DNA of 64,000 bases, taken from Octopus vulgaris (taxonomy: Eukaryota). The position numbers and the translations under genes are program-made. The DNA lies in assembly GCA_951406725.2 (NCBI GenBank), contig OX597818.1, positions 123,566,001 through 123,630,000 on the forward strand. The letters are read 5' to 3'. The notes below the pieces were generated by a model. That model was given only the letters and a program-made list of their open reading frames with translations, had not been told where the DNA came from and ran no database searches. Within the stretch, counting starts at the first letter, position 1, and every line of letters starts with the position of its first letter. Shown one piece after another: positions 44,046 through 58,465 of the stretch.

Positions 44046-44299
44046 GATGAACAGAAAGAAAAAATAACATGATATAAAAGCGGATATAGGTGTTGGGAGG
44101 GAAATTGGAATGGGGCGTATTACCACAGTATATGACATATGAGGAAGTGGTGGAAGAATTTGGAATAGATATTCTAGCGGGAACGAAGTTTAAAAGATAT
44201 AAATGAAGCTACTATGAAGAGGGGCAGAGTGGCTTCATTCCATTTTTCATTTCACTTTTCTTGTCATTTTTTTCATACGTTGGTTCTAACTTTTCTCCT

Positions 44300-44585
44300 G
44301 GATGGTGAACGGGTGTGGTCTCCGCTAGCCAGACAAATGTTCCTCACGCTATTGTCCAGTGTCCGGAGATATCTGAAATATGGATTTATGCTGAACACTT
44401 GTCCGGCGAAGGATGAGTACGGCTGTCGACAGAGCCAATTATAAAAATTGACCCACCAGAAGTTTTAACAAACGAAGGTGAGAATTATTTTCTCACGGTT
44501 GTAGCAATAGCGAAAGAGGCAGTGTGGAAGACTAGGATAAAAGGGATTAAGACAGGCAACTTTATCTCCGGCCACGATTTACGAT
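44300..44585 (+). mobile_element. L1/Tx1-like LINE C-terminal remnant
   Basis: The frame reads VPHAIVQCPEISEIWIYAEHL...FLTVVAIAKEAVWKTR (zinc-knuckle H..C and AK..VW..R motifs) with an internal stop. Confidence 0.6.
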
Positions 44586-46521
44586 CTTAGAAAGATGAAA
44601 GGCAAAGTCGTCCTCAGTGGAATTTAATTAAATATCACAGAACTACTAATTTTATATCCTATCACTGATCTTACCATTCCACTGCAAAATTTAATCATTG
44701 CTTTACAAATATTTGCCAATTATTTATATCACACATACACAGTCAAAATTTGTAGTGAGCCTCCACCGGTACTTATTTTATCAACTCCGGAAGAATGAAA
44801 GTCAAAGTGTATATTTCAGCGATATTTCAACTCAAAACTTAGATTTCAAATGTTGCCAAATGTTTCCTCCGACTCTCTGACGACTCTGCTAATTTGCCGC
44901 TCTTAATTTTTTCTAACATCGATAAAAGGCCAGAAACTTGTGGGAAAATGGTAATTCATTAAATTGACGAACGCCTGGTACTTAATCGATCCCGGTAAGA
45001 TGAGATGCAAAGTCATCTTCAGTGGTATTTAAACTCAGAACGCAAAGAGATATAACCAAATATTACAAAATTATTATTTTTCCGTCGTTCCGCCGATAAT
45101 TCTGTTATTCCATTCCAATTGTAATTTCAGTAATACCATTTAGCTATAATTTGAATTCAGTTTGCCCTGGGCGGAGTTTCTTCTACAATATCGTTTGACT
45201 TACTAGAAGAAAGGGCCTAATGTTTCGCAAGTAGCAATTTCCCATTTCTTGACAAGGTGCACATAGATGCACATTCTAGACAGTGAGTGGTTCTCCATCG
45301 GTTCCGATGATGTAGTTGAGTTGTTCGATCAACTGAATTACCTACTTATTTAGATTTGCGTATTAGTGGCTGAATATTTCACAGGTAAAATACCTCTAAC
45401 CTAATCCTCAAGCAAAATTTGGGTAACATAATGTATTACAACTTGCATCTTTGAATCATAGAGACGACCCAGCTAAAGACTTCCCCGCTTGTTCCCATTC
45501 AGACCATTTCACTAAAACAGCTTGGTAAAAAAAACTGCATAAGATACCATTCAGTGAGACTGAATCCGACACCTCAAGATCATAACACTAAGTTCTTAAC
45601 CATTCGGCCATCCTACGTCGTAAGTTTTAGCTAATAATATTCGGTCAGAGTATACAGCTTTGTCACACAACTGAGTTCATAGAGCACAAAACAAATAGCC
45701 ACGATAATTGCATTGTTCTTTGTCAAGTATATTTCATTATCTTAAATGGCTCAGTCCACATAAACTTAAGTAGATGTTGTTGCAAAAGAACTCCCCAATT
45801 CTGTACGCAGCGATAACACTGCGAAACCTTTGGATATTTTGTTGGTGTGCAGTGCTAGTTACAACTTGTCCTTTGAGAAGGATATACTTTATCAAGCAAG
45901 CATAACCTAACACACTTCATGCAGAGTAAGTATACACAAGTCGGAAATAAACTGCGTCAGTCTAGTTTAATCGAAAATAAACTATAACCAAGGTTAAGAA
46001 AAGCAATAATAATACGAGGGTGTGCTGAAATGTTCCTGGCTTTGAGAAAGAGAAAATACAGGAGGATCAGTTGATTATGAGTTTATTCAACATATACTCC
46101 TTTCAGATTTATACACTTATTGCAGCGGCCGTTCAGTTTTTCTCAGCTCTATAAAAGAACACGAAAGGTTGAGCCTCCATTTTATGGTTGGTTGTTATTC
46201 GTCTTTTCACACTCAGCATTAACGGCGGAAGCAACCGAACAGGGGACAGAAGATTCGTAACTGATCCTGTCTGAACTAAACCCCTCGTGCAATAAAATTG
46301 CAGACGTAGCGGTACTTCGTTGTCGCAGAAGAGTGTAATGCACCAACCATCGCAACCAAAGGTCATCCGTCTGTTTGTGGATTAAAGAAGTTCAAATCTT
46401 GACTTGCGCTGAACTTGAAGTTGAAAAACTGAAACATTTCTAACAGTAACCACATATTTAAGTAGACGGGAGGAAATAGAAATATGGTGATTGATCAAAA
46501 TGCATATATATATATACATAC

Positions 46522-46562
<41 letters not shown>

Positions 46563-46948
46563 CAAAGCAGCTAGTTCTAAAATCTCTAAACGAGATATAA
46601 ATTGTAACGGTATTAGACAGTAGTATTTTTTTGCCACTATAACGTGGCTGTTCGATACAGAACTATGTTGCTGTATTTTTACACCAGGAAAACATCTTTT
46701 AATATACATACATACACCCATGCATACAAACGCACGTTACCATGCAGACATTATACATGGACATAGTAATGACATTCATAAGAAATGAAACCGGTATGTA
46801 ATAATGTATTTTTAAAACAATTTGATTTTAATAATGTATTTTGGAATAATTCAGTTAATTACCATAGAAAAAGAATTATTCATTTTTTCATCTTATAATT
46901 TTTTCATCTTATAATTTTTTCTATATATTTTATTTTTTACATATGTTT

Positions 46949-47337
46949 GGGATGGAAGCACTCCGTCGGTTACGACGACGAGGGTTCCGGTTGATCCGAA
47001 TCAACGGAACAGCCTGCTCGTGAAAGTAACGTGTAAGTGGCTGAGCACTCCACAGACACGTGTACCCTTAACGTAGTTCTCGGGGATATTCAGCGTGACA
47101 CAGAGAGTGACAAGGCTGGCCCTTTGAAATACAGGTACAATAGAAACAGGAAGCAAGAGTGAGAGAAAGTTGTGGTGAAAAAGTACAGCAGGGATCGCCA
47201 CCATCCCCTGCCGGAGCCTCGTGGAGCTTTAGGTGTTTTCGCTCAATAAACACTCACACTGCCCGGTCTGGGAATCGAAACCGCGATCCTATGACCGCGA
47301 GTCCGCTGCCCTAACCACTGGGCCATTGCGCCTCCAC
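46949..47337 (-). mobile_element. SINE family A
   Basis: TSD ACATATGTTT at 46939-46948 and 47338-47347. Confidence 0.9.
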
Positions 47338-48617
47338 ACATATGTTTATATTAACTACCAATGAGGGAGAGAAAATGAGTAAAAAGAATGAACAAATCTA
47401 AAAAGCAACTAATGAAAATATTCTAAAAGAACTGATGGCAGTTAGCTCGAAACTTGTCAATAGCCGAGAAAGATACACTACTTTGCTAGAGAAATTTATA
47501 AAGATGAAGAGAGAATAAATTTTAAGTATATTAGTGTGAATTTATGTCGTTTATGCAGAACTTTTGGGAATGTATTCATGAATCAAATATTTCAACAAAA
47601 ACATAGGCAACCGTTATAAGAAATGAGATTATAAATCGGTCAACAATTAAAGCCATATTAGCCACGTTTAAAACAAGAACCTTCATTACTGCATATTTTC
47701 AGTTTGAAATAAGTGAAGATAGTTATAAAGCTGGCATATTCGAAAGATGGATTAATTTAACACCGATAATTCTCGTTTGAAACTTATATATCAAACCAGT
47801 TTAAGACGAATCGGAGCATTTAAAGAGTAGCTCTAGAAACTTGCAGAATCGAATAGAGCTACTATTGACGGAGAAATGCTCATTGAAGTATCCAAGATAG
47901 TACAAAAGACACACTGTTGAAAATATCTGTGAAAAATGGAAAGAAGAATGTGAAAACGAGGAAATTATTTCGCTTCAATGATTAAAGTAAAGTGATAATC
48001 GGTTTTGGAGTTGCAAAAAGAACTTTCAAAAAGATAATTCTTCAGAAAATACATCTATGAAAAATTAAAAACTAAAATAGAATTTTATACAGAATTCGTA
48101 AAACAAACTCAAGATAAATCGAGCTTTAGACATTCATATGAAATACTGAAGTAATTTAACAGAAACGAATCTATGTACAGATTTACAAATCCCTCAAGGA
48201 AATAAAACCAATTGTTGTGAAGTAGAGAAACATCTAAATGGAGGATTAATCAGTTTTCACAACGAGCAAAGAACAATTACGAGAGAAACATGTTCGAAAA
48301 TAATAATGGGAGAAAGGATTTAGAAATGATTAAAGGATAAATTATTTTGGAAATAATTACTAAAGGCTACGTGATTCTGGTGAACTCTATTTGAAATGCA
48401 ATGCAAATCAATTGTGTAGATTACAAAAATTTCCCATAAGCAAGACTATAAAATGATGTCGGTAAAGGATTGTTCCTTGTTTCTTTAAATGTTCTTCATA
48501 CAAATGGTTTAAAATTAACACCAGTAGTGACAAGCCCACCATTTGAAACCCTTCGACAGAATCATTTTTAGGCATTTTATTGAAACCATATTTGCAATAT
48601 ATGTAGAGCAATATATA

Positions 48618-48783
48618 GGCGCAGGAGTGGCTGTATGGTAAGTAGCTTGTTTACCAACCACATGGTTCCGGGTTCAGTCCCACTGCGTGGCACCTTGGGC
48701 AAGTGTCTTCTACTATAGCCTCGGGCCGACCAAAGCCTTGTGAGTGGATTTGGTAGATGGAAACTGAAAAGAAGCCCGTCGTA

Positions 48784-48843
<60 letters not shown>

Positions 48844-49066
48844 TGTGTGTGTTTGTGTATCTGTGTTTGTCCCCCTAGCATTGCTTGACAACCGATGCTG
48901 GTGTGTTTATGTCCCCGTTACTTAGCGGTTCAGCAAAAGAGACCGATAGAATAAGTACTGGGCTTACAAAAGAATAAGTCCCGGGGTCGAGTTGCTCGAT
49001 TAAAGGCGGTGCTCCAGCATGGCCGCAGTCAAATGACTGAAACAAGTAAAAGAGTAAAGAGTAAAG
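48618..49066 (+). mobile_element. SINE family B
   Basis: Full-length match to 7164-7576. Confidence 0.88.
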
Positions 49067-49723
49067 AGAGAGCTACGTAAGAGACATCCGTGTTAAATCA
49101 TCTTCCATGTATAGCAAACGAAGAAACATTTATATCTGAATTTTTGAGGTTAACTTGTCTAAAAATATATCACTTTATATACAAATAAATACGATAAATG
49201 CTCATGCAGAGAAATTAGATTTTTTTTAAAGAGAGGTTATACGTTTTAAATTTGATTTTTCAATATTTTAAATTGTATTTCATGAATATATTCTATAGAT
49301 ATTTATAATATAATATTTATGTATTTATCGATAGAGAAAATTTTAGATTATAATTTAGATACTTATTTTTATGTATTTATTATTTCATAATTATTAGATG
49401 TGAACTTAAATCTAAAAATATTAATAGTGATTATTTGGTTAAATAGTTTAGTAATTAAAATTAAGTATAACTGAGTTAAAGATATTCGATAGTTTATGTT
49501 TTTTTAAGCCAAGTTATATTTTCAAAGATTAATATATATTTCTATCTATTCTTTTACCTTAAAAATTAAATATTTAATATAATAAATGTGTTTTAGAAAA
49601 TAATCCTGTTTTTAGTTTTCAAATTTAGCTAATGGAGTTTTTTCTATAAGAAAAAATATTTTATTTATTTTTTAAATAAATATTGTTTAACTCTATTTGC
49701 TTATTTATTTAACTATTATTATT

Positions 49724-49823
49724 AATCTGAAGATTGACTATAATTTTGAATCGAATTTATTTCAATTGAATTTAAACATAATTGTAATTCGAATTTAATT
49801 GTTGCCATGAAACGTGCGTAGTT
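49724..49823 (+). ncRNA. Degenerate hammerhead motif at the 3' end of a decayed PLE-like region
   Basis: aat-CTGAAGA-ttgactataatt...aattgttgccat-GAAAC-GTGC-GTA-gtt. A related half motif gccac-GAAAC-GTAC-GTA-gtc lies at ~22366-22386. Confidence 0.5.
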
Positions 49824-50027
49824 TTTTTACTTATCATATATTGATCATTCATTTTTATACTTTTTGAGATCTAGTTATATGTTTTATAAAAATATATATT
49901 ATTTGTTATTTATGTTTTGGTTTATGTCCATCACAGTTTGAGTTGCATAATAGTGGTTTTATCTCAAATTTATACTTTATATATATATATATCTATATAT
50001 ATATATATATCTATATATATATATATA

Positions 50028-50405
50028 TTATTTTATTCTTTTATTCTTTTATTGGTTTCAGTCATTTGACTTCGGGCATGCTGGAGCAGCGCCTTTAATC
50101 GAACAAATCGATCCCAGTACTTATTTTTTGTAAGCCTAGTACTTATTCTATAGGTATCTTTTGCTGAACTGCTAACTTACGGGAACGTGAACACACCACA
50201 GACACATAAACATACTCACTCACATATATATACATATATATACGACGGGTTTCATTCAGTTTCCGTCTACCAAATCCACTCACCAGGCTTTGGTCGGCCC
50301 GAGGCAATAGCTGAAGACACTTGCCTAAGGTGCCACGCAGTGAGACTGAACCCGGAACTATGTGGTTGATAACCAAGCTACTTACCACACAGCCACTCCT
50401 GCGCC
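50028..50405 (-). mobile_element. SINE family B
   Basis: Reverse-complement match to 7164-7576 with an internal deletion. Confidence 0.85.
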
Positions 50406-50586
50406 TATATAAATATATAAAAGGATAAACGTTTTTATTTTTCTTTAGCTTTCAGAATTACTACTATTTTTGCGGTTTGAGTTTTGGCTGCTCTTTCAAG
50501 TGAGTCGAATGACCTGTAAGGGTCTTTCCTTAATACTTTGTATATATATATATATATATACATATGTGTATATATATATATATATA

Positions 50587-51608
50587 GAATGAATATGAGC
50601 AAAACTATTACGAGGAAGTCTGGAAGTGGAAGAATCAACAGAAAACTTACCAAAGCTTTTATTAAAGCTCTCAAATCCCAACTCCTAAACGATCCAACCA
50701 AATCCATGAGAAAAATGGCAATTGAACTTGTGGTAGACAACAAGACCATTAGAAATGCAGTAAAATATGATTTGAGGTTAAAATCTTACACAAGAACACT
50801 AAAACACTTGTTGACAACAGCTATGAGGGAAAAGAGATTGAAAAGGTGCAATAAAGTTGCTACATGGTTCGAGAAAAAGTCCTCCATCGTAACGATCTTT
50901 TCAAATCAAAAGATCTTCACTGTCGATGCTGTTCTGAACCACAGGAATGACAGATTTATCACAAAATCGACAGCTGAGGTTAAGGGGACATTCAAAACAA
51001 AACATTCTGCACAAGTTATGGCTTTTGGTGTTGTGGCTTCCAATGGAAAGAAAATGCCTATAAAATTCTACAAACTGATGAAAAGATCAATGTTCATACT
51101 TACTACAAGACTCTTAGATACCAGGTATTGCCTTGGCTTAAAGCAAACTACCCAGATGATAATTATGTATGGACACAGGATGGTGCTCCAACCCACACAG
51201 CTAGAAAAATACAAGATTTCTGCAAATCCAACTTTAGCAATTTTTTGGAATCATGTTTATGGCCGCCTTCTATCCCAGATCTAAACTCTCTGGATTATGC
51301 TATTTGGGGCACTTTAGAACATGCTACCACTAGAACATCACACAACAATGTCGACTCTCTTAACGATACTATTAAAGAAGAATGGGAGAAGTTGTCTCCT
51401 GAATATTTGAGGTACACTTGTGCAAGTTTCAGGAAGCGTGCGGAGGCAGTTATTGAGAAAGATGGAGGACACATAGAATAAAAACATTTTCTGTTATGTA
51501 AATTTTCTTGTGGCATATAAATTCTCATGATTTTCAATAAACTAATTGGTCATACACTGTCTTTCAATCCCTGCCTCAAAATATTGTAAATTTTGCTTCC
51601 CCACCCTG
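50587..51608 (+). mobile_element. Tc1/mariner DD37D (maT-type) transposon, defective
   Basis: Frameshifted ORFs: HTH region, IFSNQKIF (first catalytic D changed to N), WTQDGAP...WPPSIPDLNSLDY with 37 residues between the last two D. Right end ...CCCCACCCTG|TA; left end replaced by (TA)n. Confidence 0.88.
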
Positions 51609-51634
51609 TATGTAAAAGTATGTATAAATATGTC

Positions 51635-51674
<40 letters not shown>

Positions 51675-52078
51675 GATAGATAGATGTATATATGTATGTA
51701 TATATGTATATATATATATATGTAATTATATATATATGTATATATGTATGTATGTATATATATACATGTATATATGTATATGTATATTTTTGTATATATG
51801 TATGCATACATGAAGGTCACTAGCCCCCGTCCACACACTCATACATGCTCTCACATAAACACGCGCATCTTCATTTTGGGATCACCACTACTTTATTACC
51901 TCCCCTTCTTCATATATCTCTCCAGTGTTACCCCTCTGTGCAGCATTCGCCATGATAGATCGCTGGCCACTAAACCTTTTTTATTTTCTCACTTCCCGAC
52001 CGTTAAACTAATACATCTGTTTGTTGTTTACACACACGTCTACTTCTTTTGTTAGTTGAAAATCTTTACTATATATAA

Positions 52079-52139
<61 letters not shown>

Positions 52140-52295
52140 CATATATATGAGTATATATATGTATTCCCATGCTAGCCACTTGATATTATCGGTATTTTAA
52201 ATAACGATCTTATCCTTATTTATATAAATTTATATATGTTTATATGTATATATATATGTATATATGTATATGTATATATATATGTTTATATATAT

Positions 52296-52370
<75 letters not shown>

Positions 52371-52587
52371 TATATGTACATATATGTATGTTTATATATA
52401 TTAGCTATTAAACCTTATTTTATTTTCTAGCCCCGTTTATTTCTCTGCTCCTTTCTGTCGAAGGGTCTAGGCTCTCATTTCCCGACCGTTAAACTAATAC
52501 ATCTGTTTATTGCTTACACACCCGTTTTCGTCTTTTTTTCTTGTAAAGTCTCACTATATATATATATATAAACAAAACTAAATAAAT

Positions 52588-52649
<62 letters not shown>

Positions 52650-52738
52650 TAGTTTTGTTTGTAATCTGCTGAAAATGATATTACTTTGGGTATGCTTTCT
52701 CACAGCGAAATGACGGAAATGATGGACTTATTTCAAAC

Positions 52739-52822
52739 AATCACCTGTGGGATGGATGATAATGCTTACATCTGACCAGTGTATCACACGTGTTAAAATG
52801 TGTCGAAACAATTGTAGTGATT
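52739..52822 (+). ncRNA. Degenerate hammerhead motif
   Basis: Perfect 6-bp helix I aatcac/gtgatt and GAAAC-AATT-GTA, but the first core box has decayed to CTGTGG. Confidence 0.4.
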
Positions 52823-53399
52823 TATCAATATAAATATCGTTTATTCCATTTTGCATGATTTATCAGCTTGTGTGTGTGTTTGTGTGTGTCTGTGTCTGCG
52901 TGTGTATATTTAGACACACACACACACACATACACATTTTTATATATGTATATATAATATATATATATATCTTCGTCTCATTGAATTTTCGATATGGGAA
53001 AATTTATATCCTTCTATGCCAATAAAGCATTATTGTTCCTGAAAGTATCTTTCTACCTTCTTTGGACTTCTCGAAGCTTACTACCGTCCTTCACCTGGAT
53101 CCTTGGATCTTACTTTTACCTGGCAAGATTGTTAGCAAGTCGAGCAAAATGCTTTGCACCATTTAGTTTTGGGGAAAATTTTCAAAAATTTTTCAGGAAA
53201 ATTTTTTTAAACTCTTTCAAATATTTTTTAGGAAAATTTTCAAAAATTTTTGGGAAAAATTTTCAAAAATTTTTGGGAAAAACTTTTGGTGTTCATAAAA
53301 TAAATAGCTGATTAGTGGGGTCGATGCGACCGACTTACCATCTCTCCCTAAATTGCTGGCCTTGTGCCAAAATTTGAAACCAGTATATAAGCCGATATT

Positions 53400-53610
53400 A
53401 AGGCAGCGAGATGGCAAAACCGTTAGTACGCCAGGGAAAATGCTTAGCGGCATTTCATCCGTCTTTACGCTCTGAATTCAAATTCCGCAGAGGTCGACCT
53501 TACATCGCATCCTTTCGGGGTCGATAAGATAAGTATCATTTGAGCAGCGGTTAATCGGCTCACTTCTCCTCCGAACTTGCTGGCTTTGTGCCAAAATTTG
53601 AAATATTGAT
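53400..53610 (+). mobile_element. SINE family C
   Basis: Diverged head and core. Further degraded copies at ~29200-29325, 42530-42850, 44760-45090, 58995-59185 and 62935-63075. Confidence 0.72.
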
Positions 53611-53960
53611 TTCAATACTTTTCTTCAACAGTGGATACAAGTATGTTTCTGTTAGTTAACTACTTTTTAAAGATAAGTGCTTCGGACGATTCGTTCGAGG
53701 CGTTGCCGCAGTCTAATAACTGTCTCAAAAAAAGATAAACGATAAGTACTGTCATCATCACAGAACTATAGAAATGTAGTTGTTCAAAATATACTGCCGC
53801 TGACAGAACGCAGATCACATGATATTGTAAACTATGAAGAAGTGTAGTAGGTTTCGAGTCGAATAAACACGTATGCATTCGCACAAACATACCTGCATAT
53901 ATGTATATCTATATACATAGCTACATCTGTATGCACGCACACACACACACACACACGCAT

Positions 53961-54028
<68 letters not shown>

Positions 54029-54053
54029 GTAGGTAGGTAGGTAGGTAGGTAGG

Positions 54054-54088
<35 letters not shown>

Positions 54089-54205
54089 GTAGGTAGGTAG
54101 GTAGGTAGGTAGGTAGGTAGGTAGGTAGGTAGGTAGGTAGGTAGGTGGATGGATGGACGGACAGACAGTCAGACGGACAGAGAGGTAGACAGACGGACAG
54201 ACAGG

Positions 54206-54252
<47 letters not shown>

Positions 54253-54260
54253 GTAGATAG
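53961..54260. repeat. (GATA)n/(GGTA)n/(GACA)n compound microsatellite; (GATA)n also at 22047-22181 and (CATA)n at 2797-2928
   Basis: Directly visible. Confidence 0.97.
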
Positions 54261-55065
54261 TGTAATCCATATATGTTGTCATATGTGTGTGTATGTGTAC
54301 AGAGACAGAGAGAGACGGAAGGACATACATACATACATACAGACAGATAGACAGACAGACAGACAGACAGACATCATATACAAGCTCTTTTTGTGTTTCA
54401 TCTATTCTCTATCCATTTTTATGTTTGCTATTTTCTGTTTTCTCTTTTCTTCGTGTTACTTTACTCATTTATTAGATTTGTCAAAATGAAAAACAAAAAA
54501 CAAAAAATGCTGACTACAAATAACCGTGTCTATAGGATTTATTTCAAATAGGTTCTTTTTTTTTAATGGAGGCCTATTCAGAAAAGCGATGATATGAATA
54601 TAATCACTTTTGGCAGAGGGAAGAAAATTATATATAATCCATAACCAAATTACATTACATATATACTTTTCGTCCCCGCTTTTTCTTTTGCATTTTTCTA
54701 TGTTGTTTTGTTGTTGCTTTCTGTTCTACATTTTTCAATGGTTGTATCCTACCTATTATTCGTATTGATATCGGTCGTGAAAGCACCGTACTGAAATGCA
54801 TTACTATTTTATTTTGGTATTTCTAGATTATATTAGTTCGACTACTACCGGACGTTTACATTAACATTTGATTTCTGGGTGGGTTATGATGAGTGTGAAC
54901 CTAGCAGGGTGAGAGAAATCAAAGGTATTGCGAAACTGATGAATGTTTCTATAATACTCGGGGCTCAGCTCCATTCTTCTAACTGGACATTGACTTCAGC
55001 GGATTCGAGTCAATGGCGAATTGCTTCATTTAACAGCAAAATCTTCTTCAAACACATAATTTTTC

Positions 55066-55237
55066 ATCTTTTATCTTTTTTTGTTTCAGTCATTTGACTG
55101 CAACCATTCTGGGGCATTGCTTTGAAAACTTTTAGTCGAACAAATCGACTCCAGGCCTTATTTTTTCTTATCCTAGCACTTATCCTATCGGGTGACGTGA
55201 ACACACCATCAACACAAGTTGTCAAGCAGTGTTCAGG

Positions 55238-55278
<41 letters not shown>

Positions 55279-55943
55279 AGGCAGGATGTGTGTGTGTACG
55301 TGAATGTAATTTATGCATGTCCACAAACTAGCACGCATATCGCTCCGATTTTAGGAGGACATTGGTCACGACAATGGCTGTGCTTTTGTCAACTTATTTT
55401 TCCCGAGGCACCCCCGGATAGCGGTAAAAATCGATTTTCACCATAACGTTTACCAATTTACACGTCAGTGAAATCCGTAAGGTTCCTAACATGAGTTAAG
55501 TCCCTTGTCTTGCATATAGATTAATTCACCCTACTACAATGCCTCCGAAAGAAATTAGATTTGGAATACCTAAGCAATCTCAGCGTAGGAAAAGAGAAAG
55601 AGCTGAAGAGACTAACTATCAGCGGACCCATTAGTAAAATATAACTTTTTGGGCCGAAGCCTGGCAATAAGAGCTTGCAGATATTCCGCTACAAAACATT
55701 CAATAATATCGAAGCAGTAACTTTCATAAATCAGGGTGTAATTTTTTAAGACACTTTCTGAACCCAGTCGACGACGGGTATTTCTGCTAGTATATATATA
55801 AATAACGGGCATTTTTTAGTTACTGTCAACCAGATCCACTTACAAGGCTTTGATCAGCCCACCCAAGGTGCTACGCAGTGGGACTGAACCCAGAACCATA
55901 TGGTTGAGAAGGAAGCTTCTCAGTACAAAGCTACACCTGCGCC
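55066..55943 (-). mobile_element. SINE family B split by a Helitron
   Basis: 3' half at 55066-~55258 and 5' half at 55791-55943. Confidence 0.7.
55259..55790 (+). mobile_element. Non-autonomous Helitron
   Basis: 3' GC-rich hairpin ACCC-a-GTCG-a-CGAC-GGGT at 55762-55779, then CTAG|T. No TSD. Internal MPPKEIR...RRKRERAEET remnant. The 5' end is buried in (TA)n. Confidence 0.68.
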
Positions 55944-56448
55944 TTTTCAAGTATTTTTTACGTAATTTGAAACAAAATTATTTCGATGCATTTAGTGCAT
56001 AAATTCAAAACCTTTTTTATATTTTATCCTATAAAGATAAGGGTCGTCTGTCAGTCATCAATGATTACCATCTCAACAACTATGTTTAAGCTGGAAAAGA
56101 TTTTATGAAGAAATCTAGCAATTTAATTATTCATCAAGTCTCCTCTCTCCACAACACCAATGTTTATTCACGGAAAAGGCTACCATTTAAGGTCGAGACA
56201 AGTTAACAGAGGTGTCGTTACAAAGTTTGCTATCATTATGCAAAAAAAACTGGAAGTAATATTGCACAACATCTCATCCGACCTCTAGCAGTTCTGCTAA
56301 TGTATTATCACTCTTTTATTGACCCCGTAACAATAAAAATCAAAGTTGACCCCGATAGGATTTGAACTTCGAGCACAAAGAACGTGTACAAATACTGTAG
56401 GCTATTCGTAATAAAAGCTCCAACAATTTGCTGCCTATAGTTTTAAAT

Positions 56449-56820
56449 CTTTCTCTTTTATTTGTTTCAATCATTTGGCTGCGGCCATGCTGGAGCACCA
56501 CTTTGAAAGGTTTTAGTCGAACAAATCAACCCCAGGACTCATTTTTTTAAAGCCTTGTACTTATTCTATCGGTCTGTTTTTGCCGAACCGATACTTTACG
56601 GGAACGTAAACACACCAACGCCGGTTGCCAAGTGGTGATGGATGGACAAATACAAGCACAATCTCACATACATTGATATATACATATATAAATCCACTCA
56701 CAAGACCTTGGTCGGCCCGAGGCTATAATAGAAGACACTTGCCCAAGGTTCCACCGCAGTGGGGCTGAACCTGGAACCATGTGGTTGTGAAGCAAGGATC
56801 TCTTACCACACAGCCACACC
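56449..56820 (-). mobile_element. SINE family B (older copy)
   Basis: Diverged reverse-complement match. Confidence 0.8.
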
Positions 56821-57612
56821 TAAAAAATATTAATTACTTCTTTATTCAATAAACGAAATAAACTTCTAAAAAAAATTCATTTAGAATTTCAGCTTCATTT
56901 TTCACGTTTTTTCAAATATCATTGTATCATACCGCGGCTCACTTATGTACTGTGTCACACTGTTTTGGGATTACTGTCCTTACTGTTTTTAAAAGGCCCT
57001 CATTAGTTATTGTAGTTCGTGAAAATGCTATTCTTCAAAATATAAGCTGAAGCCACCATAACTTTTATGTATTTTGTTCATTTGAAAGTTACCTCCATCA
57101 GAACAAATTTGCGGTTAAACAACACTCGTAGCAGCAGCAGCAAAATCAACCACACCCTTGAACATGGATAAAATCCGCTAGGATGACTACCTCCACAACT
57201 ACATGGACCTGGTTTTTCTTCAGCGATCCAATAGATTGTGGTCCAAGAGATTTACCACAGTTACAATAATTTATTGAACAGTAACATGTTATTTTTGTAT
57301 TTTATTGGCTTTCAGGGAGAAAGAGCCAAAGTCAGACGCGATGAAATTTAAATGTGATTTTAGTTACTAAACTACCGGTCTAGCTCTGTTGCTTCTACAA
57401 CCAACTCGGTACATCATTAGTTAAAATTAATTAGAAACACGTAAATTTCAAGCAAATTCTGAGACAAGTGTAATGTAATGAATATGTCTCGACAACTACA
57501 AGATATTAAATTAATTCTGGATTAAATGAATTCAATATAACCTCACTTAAAACACAAATTAATTGTGGAATGGAATTTATGTTTTCAATTTGATTATTGT
57601 TTATTATTATAA

Positions 57613-57648
<36 letters not shown>

Positions 57649-57679
57649 CATTATTGTTATTATTATTATTATTATCATA

Positions 57680-57717
<38 letters not shown>

Positions 57718-57758
57718 TGTTATTATTATTATTATTGTTATTATTATTATTATTATTC

Positions 57759-58404
57759 TATGTTTGACTTTTGCTTTATATTTGTACAAGTTGGCTCCAA
57801 GTCTCACCCAGAGACCTCAAGAAACAACAGGGTTGGAAGTTCATGTTGTTGTTATGCCTAGTGTGCCATATATTGGGGGGGTGTACTAATGAATGTCTAA
57901 AAAAAGTTGGGTTTTTGGGGGTTTTTTATAAACCGAAAATTATGTTTGTTTTAAACCTTGAGGTTACATAGAAAGTATTTTGCGTAGGATATGAGCAGTT
58001 CCCATGAGCACTATCTTTTGAATTTCTGCCATTTTGGGGTTTCCTGGTATCTGAGTTAGGTAGCTATCAGCCCCTTTTGCTATCATTCCCAGGGCACCTA
58101 TGACAACAGGTATTGTTTTAGTCTTCAGGTTCCACATTTCGCCGATTTCTATTTCAAGATCTTTATATTTGCTCAGTTTTTGGTAGGTCTTGACAGATAC
58201 GTTTATATCGATTGGGACAGTCATATCAATGAGGAGGCATGTTCTTTGTTTGAAGTCTTTCAATATGATGTCTGGCCTATTTGCATCTATCTTTCTGTCA
58301 GTTTGAATGGGGAAGTTCCAGAGGAGTGAGATGTGGTCATTTTCAAGCACTGGAGGTGGTTTGTGTTCCCACCAGTTTTTTTCATGGGGCAAATCCAGGT
58401 TTTT

Positions 58405-58405
<1 letters not shown>
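57759..58405 (-). mobile_element. Dong/R4-clade non-LTR retrotransposon 3' fragment (restriction-like endonuclease) in (TAA)n
   Basis: ORF 57964..58392 has LLWNFPIQTD...NRPDI...LIDMTVP...KYKDL...IPVVIGALG...QKIVLMGTAHILRK. It is flanked on both sides by (TAA)n, the known Dong target. Confidence 0.88.

Positions 58406-58465
<60 letters not shown>

Noticed and set aside
53171-53290. ~23-bp A/T-run tandem repeat (ggaaaattttcaaaaattttt)
   Set aside because: A low-complexity local expansion inside a decayed SINE, with no evidence of function.
57085-57290. Minus-strand Cys-rich fragments (CYCSINYCNCGKSLG / IYWIAEEKPGPCSC / FCCCCYECC) reminiscent of defensin-like toxins
   Set aside because: It needs two frameshifts, has no start or signal peptide, and the Cys run derives from a (GCT)n repeat.
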